Assembly (NCBI GenBank): GCA_947631965.1 | Contig: CANRNL010000006.1 | Coordinates: 7,263-71,262, forward strand | Origin: an uncultured Clostridia bacterium | GTDB taxonomy: Bacteria > Bacillota > Clostridia > Monoglobales > Monoglobaceae | Length of the DNA: 64,000 nt | Direction of reading: 5' to 3' | In this document: in pieces, positions 20,350 through 30,818 of the stretch | How the letters are laid out: the number at the start of each line of letters is the position of its first letter | Position numbering within the stretch: position 1 is the first letter of the stretch | Position numbers and translations under genes: made by a program | Notes under the pieces: model-generated | Databases searched by the model: none | What the model was told of the DNA's origin: nothing | What the model saw: only the letters and a program-made list of their open reading frames with translations

Positions 20350-22677
20350 ATGAGGAGAAGAATTACGGCGGCGGTGCTGACTTTGGCTATGCTCATTTTG
20401 ACAGTGCCGGCGGCGGTCTTTGCGGAGGAGGATTATGCGACGCGCGGCGAGGTTTGCGATATGCTTCTTATTGCCGCGGACGACTACAATGCAGGGGTTG
20501 AAAAGACGGATATATTACAGGGCTATGAGGACGGTCAGCTTCACGAGGATTGGGGCGTGACAAGAGCCGAAGCGCTGGTTATGCTCAGGCGTGCGTTTGG
20601 CGAAATCCCCGAAATTAAAGGCTCGAATAAATATATTGCGTTTCCCGCCGAGACGTTCACCGATATTCCCGAGTGGGCTAAGACCGAGCTTGCGGACGTG
20701 TTTGACGCGGGAATAGTCGCGGGCAAGTCAGAGGGCATATTCGCGCCCGACGACAACGTGACGACCGACGAGATGAAGCTGTTTATACAGCGTATGTACC
20801 GCGTGTTTGGCACAAACCTCAAGGATGACTATTATCAGACAATTAATCACGACGCGCTTGACAGCGCCGTTATCCCCGAGGGAAAAAGCGTCACAGGCAC
20901 CACACATGGCGATCGGGTCAGCGGGCAGCTTAAAGCTGTTGTAAAAGAAGCGGCATCTTCAAATCCCGACAAGAACTCAAAGGCGGGCAAAATCAAGACG
21001 ATTTACGACAACTATATGAACAAAGAGGCGAGAAACGCACAAGGCTATGAGCCGATAAAGCCGTACCTCGACGAGATAGACGCGGTAAAGAGCGTCTCGG
21101 ACTTTGTAGGCACCGAAGCGATAGATGCTTTCGCGAGATTCCAAATTACGATTGATCAAAAGGACTCGACCAAATATATAGATATTTTTGTCACCCCGTC
21201 GATAAACACAAAGGATATGTACGAGGGAAAGAACGAAAACGCAAAAGAGGCGTATCTCAAATATGTCACAAAGCTGTTTTCCCTTATAGGTTACAGCGAG
21301 GCTGACGCCAAAGCTGCGGCGGACACCGTGTTTGATTTGGAGACTCAAATAGCCGAGGCAAGCCTTTCGCTCCCCGATACCTATGATATAAACAAAACAT
21401 ACAACATATACACGCTTGATGAAATATGCGCGAAGTTTAAAAACATTGATATTGAAAAGGTGTTTGAAAACAGCGGCTTTAAGCTCAAAGACAGATTTAT
21501 GGTTTTCGATGCGGGCGCGATGGAAAAGACGGCGGAGCTGCTTGACGACAAGAATATCGACGCCTTAAAGATTTACGCCAAATTCGCGCTGCTTAGCAAT
21601 AGCGTTCAATATCTGAGCGAGGATTTTGAAAACGCGGAGGATGAATACAACTCCGCGGTTATGGGCATTCAGGGAACCCTCGATGATGAGACGAAGGCGG
21701 TAAGCTGCATAGACAGCCTTGTTCCGGACTATCTTGGCGAGCTGTACAGCGACAAATATGTTGATGAGAAAACCAAGACCGACTTGACCGAAATGATAAA
21801 AGGTATGATCGAGATTTACCGCGAGAGGCTTGAAAACAACGATTGGATGGGCGAGGCGACAAAGCAAAAGGCGATAAAAAAGCTTGACACCATGGGTATA
21901 AAGGTCGGCTGCCCCGACGAGTACGCCGAGGTCTCCCTTGACTCCAAGGACATAAGGAGCTATGACGAGGGCGGAAGCCTCATTGAAAATATGATGACGA
22001 TAGGCGAGGCGAAGGAAGAAGACATGATAGCCAAAGAAGGCACTGTGGTAGACCGCAGTCAGTGGGCAGCGACTCCGCAGACGGTAAATGCTTTCTATGA
22101 CCCTTCGTTTAATGATGTGACAATTTGCGCGGGATTTTTGCAGGTGCCCGGAGTATACGGTACCGACGCCCCTTATGAGAGCAACCTGGGCGCCATAGGC
22201 ATGGTCGTCGGTCACGAGATCAGCCACGCGTTTGACAACAACGGCGCGCAGTATGACGAGAACGGAAACGCGGTGAATTGGTGGACTGATGAGGACGCGG
22301 CGGCGTTTGACAAGCTGTGTCAAAACGTTATAGATTTCTATGACGGCTACGAGGCGGCGCCGGGAATTGCTATGAACGGAGAACTGACTCTTACCGAAAA
22401 CACCGCCGATATGGGCGGCTTGTCGGTTGTGGTCGAGCTTGCGTCAAAGACCGAAAATTTTGACTATAAGCAAATGTTTGAAAGCTATGCCAACCTTCAG
22501 TTTAGCGCGGCGTATCGCGGTTATTTACAAATGTGTGCGACGGGCGACGTCCACAGCCTTCCGAGCGTCCGCGTGAACAGACTGTTTGAGACCTGCGACA
22601 AATTCTTCGAGACCTACGGCATCACCGAGGGCGACGGTATGTGGGTAGCTCCTGAGGACAGAGTTTCGATTTGGTAA
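20350..22677 (+). CDS. secreted M13 zinc metallopeptidase with N-terminal SLH-like repeats, copy 2
   Basis: Same architecture as copy 1: VVGHEISHAFD, TENTADMGG. The start lies exactly 2381 bp after the copy 1 start. Confidence 0.92.
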   Translation: MRRRITAAVLTLAMLILTVPAAVFAEEDYATRGEVCDMLLIAADDYNAGVEKTDILQGYEDGQLHEDWGVTRAEALVMLRRAFGEIPEIKGSNKYIAFPAETFTDIPEWAKTELADVFDAGIVAGKSEGIFAPDDNVTTDEMKLFIQRMYRVFGTNLKDDYYQTINHDALDSAVIPEGKSVTGTTHGDRVSGQLKAVVKEAASSNPDKNSKAGKIKTIYDNYMNKEARNAQGYEPIKPYLDEIDAVKSVSDFVGTEAIDAFARFQITIDQKDSTKYIDIFVTPSINTKDMYEGKNENAKEAYLKYVTKLFSLIGYSEADAKAAADTVFDLETQIAEASLSLPDTYDINKTYNIYTLDEICAKFKNIDIEKVFENSGFKLKDRFMVFDAGAMEKTAELLDDKNIDALKIYAKFALLSNSVQYLSEDFENAEDEYNSAVMGIQGTLDDETKAVSCIDSLVPDYLGELYSDKYVDEKTKTDLTEMIKGMIEIYRERLENNDWMGEATKQKAIKKLDTMGIKVGCPDEYAEVSLDSKDIRSYDEGGSLIENMMTIGEAKEEDMIAKEGTVVDRSQWAATPQTVNAFYDPSFNDVTICAGFLQVPGVYGTDAPYESNLGAIGMVVGHEISHAFDNNGAQYDENGNAVNWWTDEDAAAFDKLCQNVIDFYDGYEAAPGIAMNGELTLTENTADMGGLSVVVELASKTENFDYKQMFESYANLQFSAAYRGYLQMCATGDVHSLPSVRVNRLFETCDKFFETYGITEGDGMWVAPEDRVSIW

Positions 22678-22730
22678 TGCCCGTTTTGCGGACGAGAAAA
22701 TGTGAAGATTTAAAATAGGAGGTTTTAAAA

Positions 22731-25061
22731 ATGAGAAGAAGAATTACGGCGGCGGCTCTGGCTTTGGCTATGCTTATTTTAACAGTGCCGGCGGCGGTCT
22801 TTGCGGAGGATGATTATGCGACGCGCGGCGAGGTGTGCAATATGCTTCTCGCCTCGGCGGACGACTACAATGCAGGGGTTGAAAAGACGGATATATTACA
22901 GGGCTACGAGGACGGTCAGCTCCACGAGGACTGGGGCGTAACAAGAGCCGAAGCGCTGGTTATGCTCAGGCGCGCGTTCGGCGAGATACCCGAGATAAAA
23001 GGTGCAAACAAATACATAGCCTTTCCCGCCGAGACGTTCACCGACATACCCGACTGGGCTAAGACCGAGCTTTCGGACGTGTTTGACGCGGGAATAGTCG
23101 CGGGAAAGTCAGAGGGAATATTCGCGCCCGACGACAACGTGACCAAAGACGAGATGGAGCTTTTTATACAGCGTATGTACCGCGTGTTCGGCACAAATCT
23201 CAAGGACAACTATTATCAGACCGTTAACCTCGACGTGCTTAACAGCGCCGTTATCCCCGACGGAGAACTCAGCATGGGCACCCTGTCCGGCCTTGAGGTG
23301 CAGGATCAGATCAAGGACATCGTAAAGAACGTGGCCGCGTCAGATCCCGACAAAAACTCAAAAGAGGGAAAGATCAAGACGCTCTACGACAACTACATGA
23401 ACAAAGAGGCGAGAAACGCCCAGGGCTATGAGCCGATAAAGCCGTTTCTTGACGAGATAGACGCTATGAAAAGCGTTTCGGATCTTGTAAACTGCAAGGA
23501 GGCGATGGATATTTTCGCGAGATTTGAGGTCGGATATGATGACAAGGACTCAACTCATTACGCCGATTATTTCTCGACTCCGACGATAAACTCAAAGGAA
23601 ATGTATGAGGGAAAGGACGAAAATCGAAAAGCGGCTTCTCTGAAATACAAGGCGTCTCTCTTAAAACTGATCGGCTACAGCGAGGCCGACGCCGAAGCCG
23701 CGGCCGACAGAGCGTTTGATATAGAGAAACAGATCGCCGAGGCGAGCCTTTCGCTTACCGATACCGATGATATAAACAAAACATACAACATATACTCGCT
23801 TGATGAGATATCCGCTCTGTTTAAAAACATTGATATAAACAAGGTGTTTGAAAACAGCGGCCTTAAGAATAAGGACAGATTTATTGTTTCCGACGTCGGC
23901 GCGATGAAAAAAACAGCCGAGCTGCTTGATGATAAGAACCTTGAAGCGATCAAGGACAGCGCGAAGATCAATATTCTCTCAAGCTACAGCATATATCTGA
24001 GTGATGACTTTCATAATGCGTATAAGACGTTTACTTCCGAGGTTTACGGAATTCAGGGAGAGAGCGACGACGAGACCGACGCGATTGACTGCATTGACGG
24101 TCATCTTTCGGATTATCTCGGCGAGCTGTATACCGATAAGTATATGGACGAGAAAACAAAGACCGACGTTACCGAGATTATCAAAGACATGATAGACATC
24201 TACCGCGAGAGAATACAAAAGCTTGACTGGTTGAGTGACGCGACGAAGCAGAAGGCGATAAAGAAGCTCGACACCATGGGAATAAAGGTCGGCGGCCCCG
24301 ATAAGATCCCCGAAACGACCTTAGACAGCACAGAGCTTAAAAGCTACGCCGACGGCGGCAGCCTCGTTGAAAACATTATAGCGATCAATGACGCCGCCGA
24401 GAAAGACGAACTTAAGAACGAGGGCGGAGAGGTCGACCACAACGAGTGGGTAATGTCGCCCCAGACCGTGAACGCCTGCTACAATCCCAGCTTTAACGAT
24501 ATTACCATCACCGCCGCGATATTGCAGATACCGCACACTTACAGCTCAAGCGCCTCATATGAGGAAAATCTGGGTGGAATAGGAATCGTTATCGGCCACG
24601 AGCTCAGCCACGCGTTTGACAAATACGGCTCTCAGTTCGACGAGAACGGAAACGCGGTGAACTGGTGGACCGACGAAGACGCCGCGGCGTTTGATGAGCG
24701 CTGCAAAGCGGTTATCGACTTCTATGACGGACAGGAGAGCGCGCCCGGCATCACCACAAACGGAGAGCTGACTCTTACCGAAAACACCGCCGACATGGGC
24801 GGCCTGTCGGTGGCGACGGAGCTGGCGTCAAGAAACGAGAATTTTGATTACAAAAAGATGTTCGAGACATGGGCGCAGCTCTGGTTGGATGTTTCCTACC
24901 GTCAGTATCTTGAACAGCTAAGCATGATTGACGTGCACAGCGCGGCCGAGGTTCGCGTGAACAGACTGTTTGAGACCAGCGACAAGTTCTTCGAGACCTA
25001 CGGAATCACCGAAGACGACGGAATGTGGGTAGCTCCCGAGGACAGAGTTTCGATTTGGTAA
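22731..25061 (+). CDS. secreted M13 zinc metallopeptidase with N-terminal SLH-like repeats, copy 3
   Basis: Same architecture as copies 1 and 2: VIGHELSHAFD, TENTADMGG. The start lies exactly 2381 bp after the copy 2 start. Confidence 0.92.
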   Translation: MRRRITAAALALAMLILTVPAAVFAEDDYATRGEVCNMLLASADDYNAGVEKTDILQGYEDGQLHEDWGVTRAEALVMLRRAFGEIPEIKGANKYIAFPAETFTDIPDWAKTELSDVFDAGIVAGKSEGIFAPDDNVTKDEMELFIQRMYRVFGTNLKDNYYQTVNLDVLNSAVIPDGELSMGTLSGLEVQDQIKDIVKNVAASDPDKNSKEGKIKTLYDNYMNKEARNAQGYEPIKPFLDEIDAMKSVSDLVNCKEAMDIFARFEVGYDDKDSTHYADYFSTPTINSKEMYEGKDENRKAASLKYKASLLKLIGYSEADAEAAADRAFDIEKQIAEASLSLTDTDDINKTYNIYSLDEISALFKNIDINKVFENSGLKNKDRFIVSDVGAMKKTAELLDDKNLEAIKDSAKINILSSYSIYLSDDFHNAYKTFTSEVYGIQGESDDETDAIDCIDGHLSDYLGELYTDKYMDEKTKTDVTEIIKDMIDIYRERIQKLDWLSDATKQKAIKKLDTMGIKVGGPDKIPETTLDSTELKSYADGGSLVENIIAINDAAEKDELKNEGGEVDHNEWVMSPQTVNACYNPSFNDITITAAILQIPHTYSSSASYEENLGGIGIVIGHELSHAFDKYGSQFDENGNAVNWWTDEDAAAFDERCKAVIDFYDGQESAPGITTNGELTLTENTADMGGLSVATELASRNENFDYKKMFETWAQLWLDVSYRQYLEQLSMIDVHSAAEVRVNRLFETSDKFFETYGITEDDGMWVAPEDRVSIW

Positions 25062-25081
25062 GATAAAAAATCGGAATAATT

Positions 25082-25128
25082 AAAAGAGGCTGCCGCCTGA
25101 AGTGTTCAGGCGGCAGCCCTTATTTTTT
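25082..25128. terminator. bidirectional terminator between convergent genes
   Basis: 14-bp stem GGCTGCCGCCTGAA-gtg-TTCAGGCGGCAGCC followed by CTTATTTTTT, with an A-rich left flank. Confidence 0.85.
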
Positions 25129-25145
25129 AGTTTTGCTTCATTTAT

Positions 25146-28100
25146 TTATTCATTCGGGTATTCGGGAAAAACGCAAGGACTGCACAGCGGGGTCATATCT
25201 CCGTGCTTCCACACGAACAGCTCCGCCTTCTCGGCGTGCGCCGCGTCGGTAAAGCCGAACGTAAACTGCTCCTGCGCGCCGCTTTTTATAAATTTGTTTT
25301 GAGACTGTGCGTCGATTAGTTTGCCGTCCGCGTCGTAGAGCGCCATTATAACGTCCGCGTCCGCATCCTCCGCCGTATTTGTTACGCTCGCGATAAACGC
25401 GACGCTGCCTCCGTTTATAATACTGTCGGTGATTTCAGCGGTCACCGCGCCGATAGTGAAGGTGTAGTCGTTATAAGCGTAATCGTAAACCGAGAAGCTG
25501 AGAGTGCTCTCGTCCATATCCGTTATATCAAGCGTTATTTCGGCTTGTTGCTCCGCTTTGACGGGTGCGCTGACCATTCCTGCCGCGTCGACCGCAACCG
25601 CGCCCATAAGATAGCGGTTGTCGCTCGCCTCGAACGCCGCATATTTCTTACCGTTCTCCTCATAAATTCTCGGATTGCTTATTTTCGGCTGCTCGGAGTC
25701 GATATAAAACTTATATGTCTTTTCCTCCGACCTGCTCCTTTCTCCGTAGACGAATTTACCCGACACGGTAGCGGTATAGTCGCCGTCGGGAGCAGTCAGC
25801 CCGCCCAAGGAAATTGATTCAAAATAATCATTGTTTTCAAGCTGGCGGCACAGACCGTCGCCCCTATTTTTTTCATACACAACCTCGCCGTCCGCGTCTT
25901 TGACGGTCAAAGTCACATCGGTAAGACTGCGCAGCATACGCAGATATATTCCGCAGTCGTCGGTGTTAAAGACGGATATTCCGACATAGCTTTCGCTTTC
26001 GTATTCGCCGCTGTCTGCAAATTCGTTTGTTCCGAGCACAAGGCTGTTATATGCCAGATAGCCGTTTGCAAGGCTTCCTCCTTCCTCAAAATACGAGGGA
26101 GAGAACGCGTCAAACGCCGTCCAGTCGCCGTAAAAGCCGGTGTAGGGCATACTCGCTTTTGTCACCGAGCCGTCTTTGGAGCTTAAGGTTATATAGCCGT
26201 CCACCCAAAAGCCGTTCGTGAAAATTTGCTTATTCGCCGCGGTCTGAGCGCTGTTTAAAGTAATTTTTATCTCTATATCCCGCGTGTCTTTGGCGGGAAT
26301 GGTCACTTCCTCGGGCTTGTCGACGGCGGTAATTTCAAGCGGCACCGAGTCCGAAATGAGATTTTCGCCGTTTACGTTTTCATAGCCGTCGGTGAGCGCG
26401 CAAACCGATATGTCGTCGTAGGTCACGGGACTGTCCGTCAGGTTTTCAGCCGTGAATTTAAGCGTTATCTCGTCGCCGAGCATATCGCCGAGGCTGAGCT
26501 TCGACTTGCCGCTGTCCCCCTTTAAGATTACGGGAATTGTCAGCGCGTCTTGCAAATTCGCAAGTCCCGCGCCCTGCTTGCGCGGCGACAAGGGAAGGGA
26601 CTTTTCGTCGTCGGAGAACATAATGCTCGCCGAGCTCATCATAATATTTTCCATAAGCGCGACCTTGTCCGCCCCCGAGACGTCGGGATATTTCGCGTCG
26701 ACAAATCCGCTTATCAGCGCCATTGCGCCGGTTATATGCGGAGCCGCCATGGACGTGCCGTTGTTGTTTTCGTACATGTCGCCGTTCACCGACGACAGAA
26801 TATTTCCGCCCGGCGCGGTGATTTCGGGCTTTAGCTCAAGATTTGAACCGATCGCCCAGTTGCTGAAATAGGATATGCCCGCGTCGGGAAATTCCTTGTA
26901 GAGCGTGCATATTTCCGCGTCGGTCTTAAAGCGCTTGTCCTCGGCGTTTATCAGCTTTTCGCCGTAGGACTTGCGCACCACCAGACCGGGTATTTCATCG
27001 CTCACGGTATGCAGTCTGCCGTCAATCTCGTCGTTTTCCACAAATATCATTCCAATGGCGCCGCAATCTAAAAGATACCTGCTTGTTATTCCGCTGTTTA
27101 AAACAGAGATAACGATTTTTCCTTTTACGACATCCTCGGGCGGGGTTGTCTCACTGCCCACATACACATAGTCGTAAAATTTATCCGAGAATTTTTTGAA
27201 AAACAGCTCGCTGTACACCTCTTGGTCAACGACGATTTTCTCTCCGTCGGCGAGTGTTATTCCGCCGCCGACGAGCCACCTCTTATCCGTGTCGCACGAC
27301 GCGACCGAGGTCGACGCCGAACAGATCGCTGGATAGTCGACGTAGCTGTAATCGGGATTTTCGGCGGTCTCGGGGTATCTGTCGTCATTTCCGGCGGCGC
27401 TGACGACCGCTATACCTGCATTTCTCAGGTTATCGCAGGCGGTTGTGTACGCCGGGGAATTTGCCATTGTGGAGCCTAAGCTCAGATTGACTGCGCACAC
27501 ATCCATTTTCGCCGCATCGTCCATCGCGGCGATGATAATGGAGTTATATGTGCTGCCTTCCGAGTCGGCAATTTTCATCAAGATAAGCTGAGCCTCGGGC
27601 GCGACGCCGGAGAATGTAGTCCCTTCAAACACGCCGTTTTTGCCCGCCGCGATGCCCGCCACATGAGTGCCGTGCGACAGCTGAGGGTAATACACATCCG
27701 CGTTATTGTCTCCGTAATCATAGGCGAACGGGATTTTCGCGTTTTTATAAACCTGATTTGCCTCAGCCTTCGCGTTAAGCTCGTTGTTTTCGATAAGGTC
27801 TTTTACATAGCTTTTAGATAGTCTCGGGCTTTCAATCGGCGATGAGAAAAATTCGTGAACGACATCAAATCCCGCGTCTATGATTGCCACGGCTTGCCCG
27901 CGTCCGTCAAAGCCGTTATCATACATAGCCTGAACGTTCATCATCTGTGCGCTGAGGCTCGGCTCGCCGTCCTCGCCCGAGATTGGCGTGGGAATGCTTG
28001 CGGCTTGGGATATATACACGTTTTTGACGCCGTCTATCGACTTGATTTTCTCAATATCGCTCTCGCGGGCTTCCATCGAAAAGCCGTTTAAAACGCTCGT

Positions 28101-28385
28101 GTAGGTAAAGCCCTTGTCGGCGTTCGCACCAGTGCGTCTTTTGATGTCGGACTTGACCTCCGCCTGAGCGCTCAAAAGCTTCGCCTCGGTGTTCTTCGCC
28201 TCGGCGGTTTTCATAAACTCCGACGCGCCTATGCGGACGGCGTTTTTCGTTGCCAAAAGCGGAGCGCCCTCGGTTTCGACTATAAGCGTTACCTTTTCGT
28301 CTTCGCCCGCCGCGAACGTCGGAACGTATGCCGCGCCTAAGATTAGCGCCGCCGACAGAAGTGCCGAAATAATTTTTTTGAACAT
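25146..28385 (-). CDS. subtilisin-family (S8) cell-envelope-proteinase-like serine protease
   Basis: Signal peptide and inhibitor_I9-like propeptide. Catalytic D (AIIDAGFD), H (SHGTHVAGI) and S (NNGTSMAAPHITG). A PA-domain-like insert and a long C-terminal beta-rich region, as in lactocepin / C5a-peptidase types. The start is moved to ATG 28385 after GAGGGTG. Confidence 0.9.
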   Translation of the reverse strand: MFKKIISALLSAALILGAAYVPTFAAGEDEKVTLIVETEGAPLLATKNAVRIGASEFMKTAEAKNTEAKLLSAQAEVKSDIKRRTGANADKGFTYTSVLNGFSMEARESDIEKIKSIDGVKNVYISQAASIPTPISGEDGEPSLSAQMMNVQAMYDNGFDGRGQAVAIIDAGFDVVHEFFSSPIESPRLSKSYVKDLIENNELNAKAEANQVYKNAKIPFAYDYGDNNADVYYPQLSHGTHVAGIAAGKNGVFEGTTFSGVAPEAQLILMKIADSEGSTYNSIIIAAMDDAAKMDVCAVNLSLGSTMANSPAYTTACDNLRNAGIAVVSAAGNDDRYPETAENPDYSYVDYPAICSASTSVASCDTDKRWLVGGGITLADGEKIVVDQEVYSELFFKKFSDKFYDYVYVGSETTPPEDVVKGKIVISVLNSGITSRYLLDCGAIGMIFVENDEIDGRLHTVSDEIPGLVVRKSYGEKLINAEDKRFKTDAEICTLYKEFPDAGISYFSNWAIGSNLELKPEITAPGGNILSSVNGDMYENNNGTSMAAPHITGAMALISGFVDAKYPDVSGADKVALMENIMMSSASIMFSDDEKSLPLSPRKQGAGLANLQDALTIPVILKGDSGKSKLSLGDMLGDEITLKFTAENLTDSPVTYDDISVCALTDGYENVNGENLISDSVPLEITAVDKPEEVTIPAKDTRDIEIKITLNSAQTAANKQIFTNGFWVDGYITLSSKDGSVTKASMPYTGFYGDWTAFDAFSPSYFEEGGSLANGYLAYNSLVLGTNEFADSGEYESESYVGISVFNTDDCGIYLRMLRSLTDVTLTVKDADGEVVYEKNRGDGLCRQLENNDYFESISLGGLTAPDGDYTATVSGKFVYGERSRSEEKTYKFYIDSEQPKISNPRIYEENGKKYAAFEASDNRYLMGAVAVDAAGMVSAPVKAEQQAEITLDITDMDESTLSFSVYDYAYNDYTFTIGAVTAEITDSIINGGSVAFIASVTNTAEDADADVIMALYDADGKLIDAQSQNKFIKSGAQEQFTFGFTDAAHAEKAELFVWKHGDMTPLCSPCVFPEYPNE

Positions 28386-28441
28386 AGCAATCACCCTCTT
28401 GATTACATTTTTAAGATAGTTTCAGAATGTTTTTATGCCGA

Positions 28442-29887
28442 TTACTTTATCAGCTCTTTTCTTTTGGCAATACCGCAGCGGACTATGACCGCGCCGTAGG
28501 CGGCGGTAAGTACGCCGGCAATAGTATAGCTTGCCGCCCACGGCAGGTTAAAGCCGATAGCCGCGTTTAAAATAAAGCTCGAAATTATGAACATATAGAA
28601 CATACCCGGCACAAGAGCCATTATAAACGGCTGTTTGTGGCGCATCATATAAACCGTAATCATTGCGAACGCGAACACGGCTATGGTCTGGTTCGCCCAC
28701 GCGAAGTAGCGCCAGAGTATATTAAATCCGCCCGTGTTCAGCTTGGCGAACACCAAAATTACCGCAACGACCGCGAATATTATGATTGAGATTCCGAGAC
28801 GGTTGGTCTTTTTGGATTGGTCTATTTTTGCCGCCTCGGCAACTATGAGCCTGAGGGAGCGCAGAGCCGTGTCGCCCGATGTTATCGGAAGCACTATAAT
28901 TCCTATGATCGCGATAATTCCGCCGACGCTGCCGAGAAGGTTATTTGAGACAATGCCCACTATGCTCGTGGCTTCGGTATGCGCGTCGGCAAGTCCGAGC
29001 TTCATAACGCCCATTGCGGCGGCAGCCCAAATCATTGCGATAAAGCCCTCCGCAATCATCATATTGTAAAACGTCGTACGACCCTCTTTTTCACTGCTTA
29101 TGGTTCGGGAAATCAGCGTTGACTGCGTGGAGTGAAAGCCCGAAACTATTCCGCAGGCGACGGTTACAAAAAATATCGGTATAAAGTGAAGTCCTTCGGG
29201 GTGAATACCGGTAACTCCTGTCGTCCATATATTGTCAAGGGGATAGCCCTTTACGAACAAGCCGATAAACACGCCTATCGCCGACAGGATGAGCAAGCCG
29301 CCGAAGAACGGGTAAACCTTGCCGATAATTTTGTCGATTGGGAACAGCGTGGCGATTATATAATATACGAAAATCGCGCCGTACACTATCCAAACGATTG
29401 GATTTGCGGCTCCGTTGTCGACTCTTAAAATCTGAGTGATGAACAAGTCGCCGGGCGTATATATAAACACCGTGCCGACGAGCAGCATCGTAAGGCATAC
29501 AAATATATTATAAATCGGATACGCGTATTTTCCGAGGTATTTGCGTATCAGGCTCGGCATCTGCGCGCCGTCGTTTCGCACCGAAATCATACCGCTCATA
29601 TAGTCGTGAAGCGCGCCGCCTATTACGCAGCCTATGGGTATGGTCAAAAACGCTATAGGTCCGAACAAAATACCCTGTATCGGTCCCAGAATCGGGCCCG
29701 TACCTGCGATATTCAAAAGTTCGATAAGCGAGTTTTTCCACTTTTTCATCGGGACGTAGTCCACGCCGTCATTAAGCCGCACGGCGGGCGTTTCGCGGTC
29801 GTCGGGTCCGAACGCCTTTTCGCACACCTTGCCGTACAGAGCGCCGCCCACGGCGAGAATAACCAGTCCGATAATAAATGTAATCAT
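28442..29887 (-). CDS. cstA: carbon starvation protein A family transporter (peptide/pyruvate uptake)
   Basis: 481-aa polytopic protein. N-terminus GALYGKVCEKAFGPDDRETPA...DGVDYVPMKKWKN and overall pattern typical of CstA. Confidence 0.88.
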   Translation of the reverse strand: MITFIIGLVILAVGGALYGKVCEKAFGPDDRETPAVRLNDGVDYVPMKKWKNSLIELLNIAGTGPILGPIQGILFGPIAFLTIPIGCVIGGALHDYMSGMISVRNDGAQMPSLIRKYLGKYAYPIYNIFVCLTMLLVGTVFIYTPGDLFITQILRVDNGAANPIVWIVYGAIFVYYIIATLFPIDKIIGKVYPFFGGLLILSAIGVFIGLFVKGYPLDNIWTTGVTGIHPEGLHFIPIFFVTVACGIVSGFHSTQSTLISRTISSEKEGRTTFYNMMIAEGFIAMIWAAAAMGVMKLGLADAHTEATSIVGIVSNNLLGSVGGIIAIIGIIVLPITSGDTALRSLRLIVAEAAKIDQSKKTNRLGISIIIFAVVAVILVFAKLNTGGFNILWRYFAWANQTIAVFAFAMITVYMMRHKQPFIMALVPGMFYMFIISSFILNAAIGFNLPWAASYTIAGVLTAAYGAVIVRCGIAKRKELIK

Positions 29888-29934
29888 TGTAAGTCATCTC
29901 CTTAAATAATATATTTATGATTGGCTTTAATAAT

Positions 29935-30513
29935 TTAACTTCGTTCGAGTTCGTCCTGCGCGTCAAAACACTCCATTGCTTCGCGGAGTATGCCGTCCGC
30001 GTCCGCGCCGACTATATCAAGCCCCTCGGCTGAAATAAAACGAGTTTCGCCTATGCCGTAAAATTCTTTTGCTAAAGCGTCGACATATTCAAATCCGAAA
30101 TTGTGGACTATCTCTCCGCCCGACGTCGTCACATAATACAGCTGCTTTGCGCGGCACAAGCCTTTCGGAACGCCGCTTTCGGTATAGTAGAATGTCACTC
30201 CGCACACCGTGACGTTTTCGAGATATATTTTGAGCAGAGACGGAAACGTCAAATCCCAGTACGGCGCGGCTATCAGTATTATGTCGGCGTTTGCTAATTC
30301 CCGCGCCGCCGCGAACTCAGAAGCCGAAAAGTCCTTTTCTTCGAGTAATTTGTCGCGTCGGGCGAGAGAGTCTTCGTCCAGTGGCAGAAGTCCGCTCAAA
30401 TCCGGTCGCACCTCGGTCACCTCGCCGTCCAGCCTTTCGAGAATATGCCGCGCCAGCTTGCCTGTGCGCGACTCCTTTCGAACGCAGGCGTTTATAAACA
30501 AAATTTTCTTCAT
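29935..30513 (-). CDS. flavodoxin-fold NAD(P)H-dependent oxidoreductase (azoreductase/quinone reductase-like)
   Basis: MKKILFINACVRKESRTGKLA...ADIILIAAPYWDLTFPSLLKIYLENV matches the Flavodoxin_2 type. The start is placed at MKKILF after GGAGGG. Confidence 0.8.
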   Translation of the reverse strand: MKKILFINACVRKESRTGKLARHILERLDGEVTEVRPDLSGLLPLDEDSLARRDKLLEEKDFSASEFAAARELANADIILIAAPYWDLTFPSLLKIYLENVTVCGVTFYYTESGVPKGLCRAKQLYYVTTSGGEIVHNFGFEYVDALAKEFYGIGETRFISAEGLDIVGADADGILREAMECFDAQDELERS

Positions 30514-30818
30514 AATCAGCCCTCCGTTAATAGTGTACGTTTCTCTTGATTTCCGCCGGAGGCATAAAATAAAACTACACATCTTATTTTATCACATCTT
30601 CTATCATCTTTTCAAGAGTAATTCACGCCATATATACCATATTTCGCGTTTTAATATCCGCCTTTGCGGCGGCTCTTTGACGTAAATCACGCCTTTTTTG
30701 GCGTGAAACGTATAGACATCACGGCGGTTTTGTGATAAAATATATTGATGAAATATATTATTGTTCGCGGATTTTCGAGAGTTATCCGTGAGTTGACAAT
30801 GAAAAGAGGTAGCGTTAT

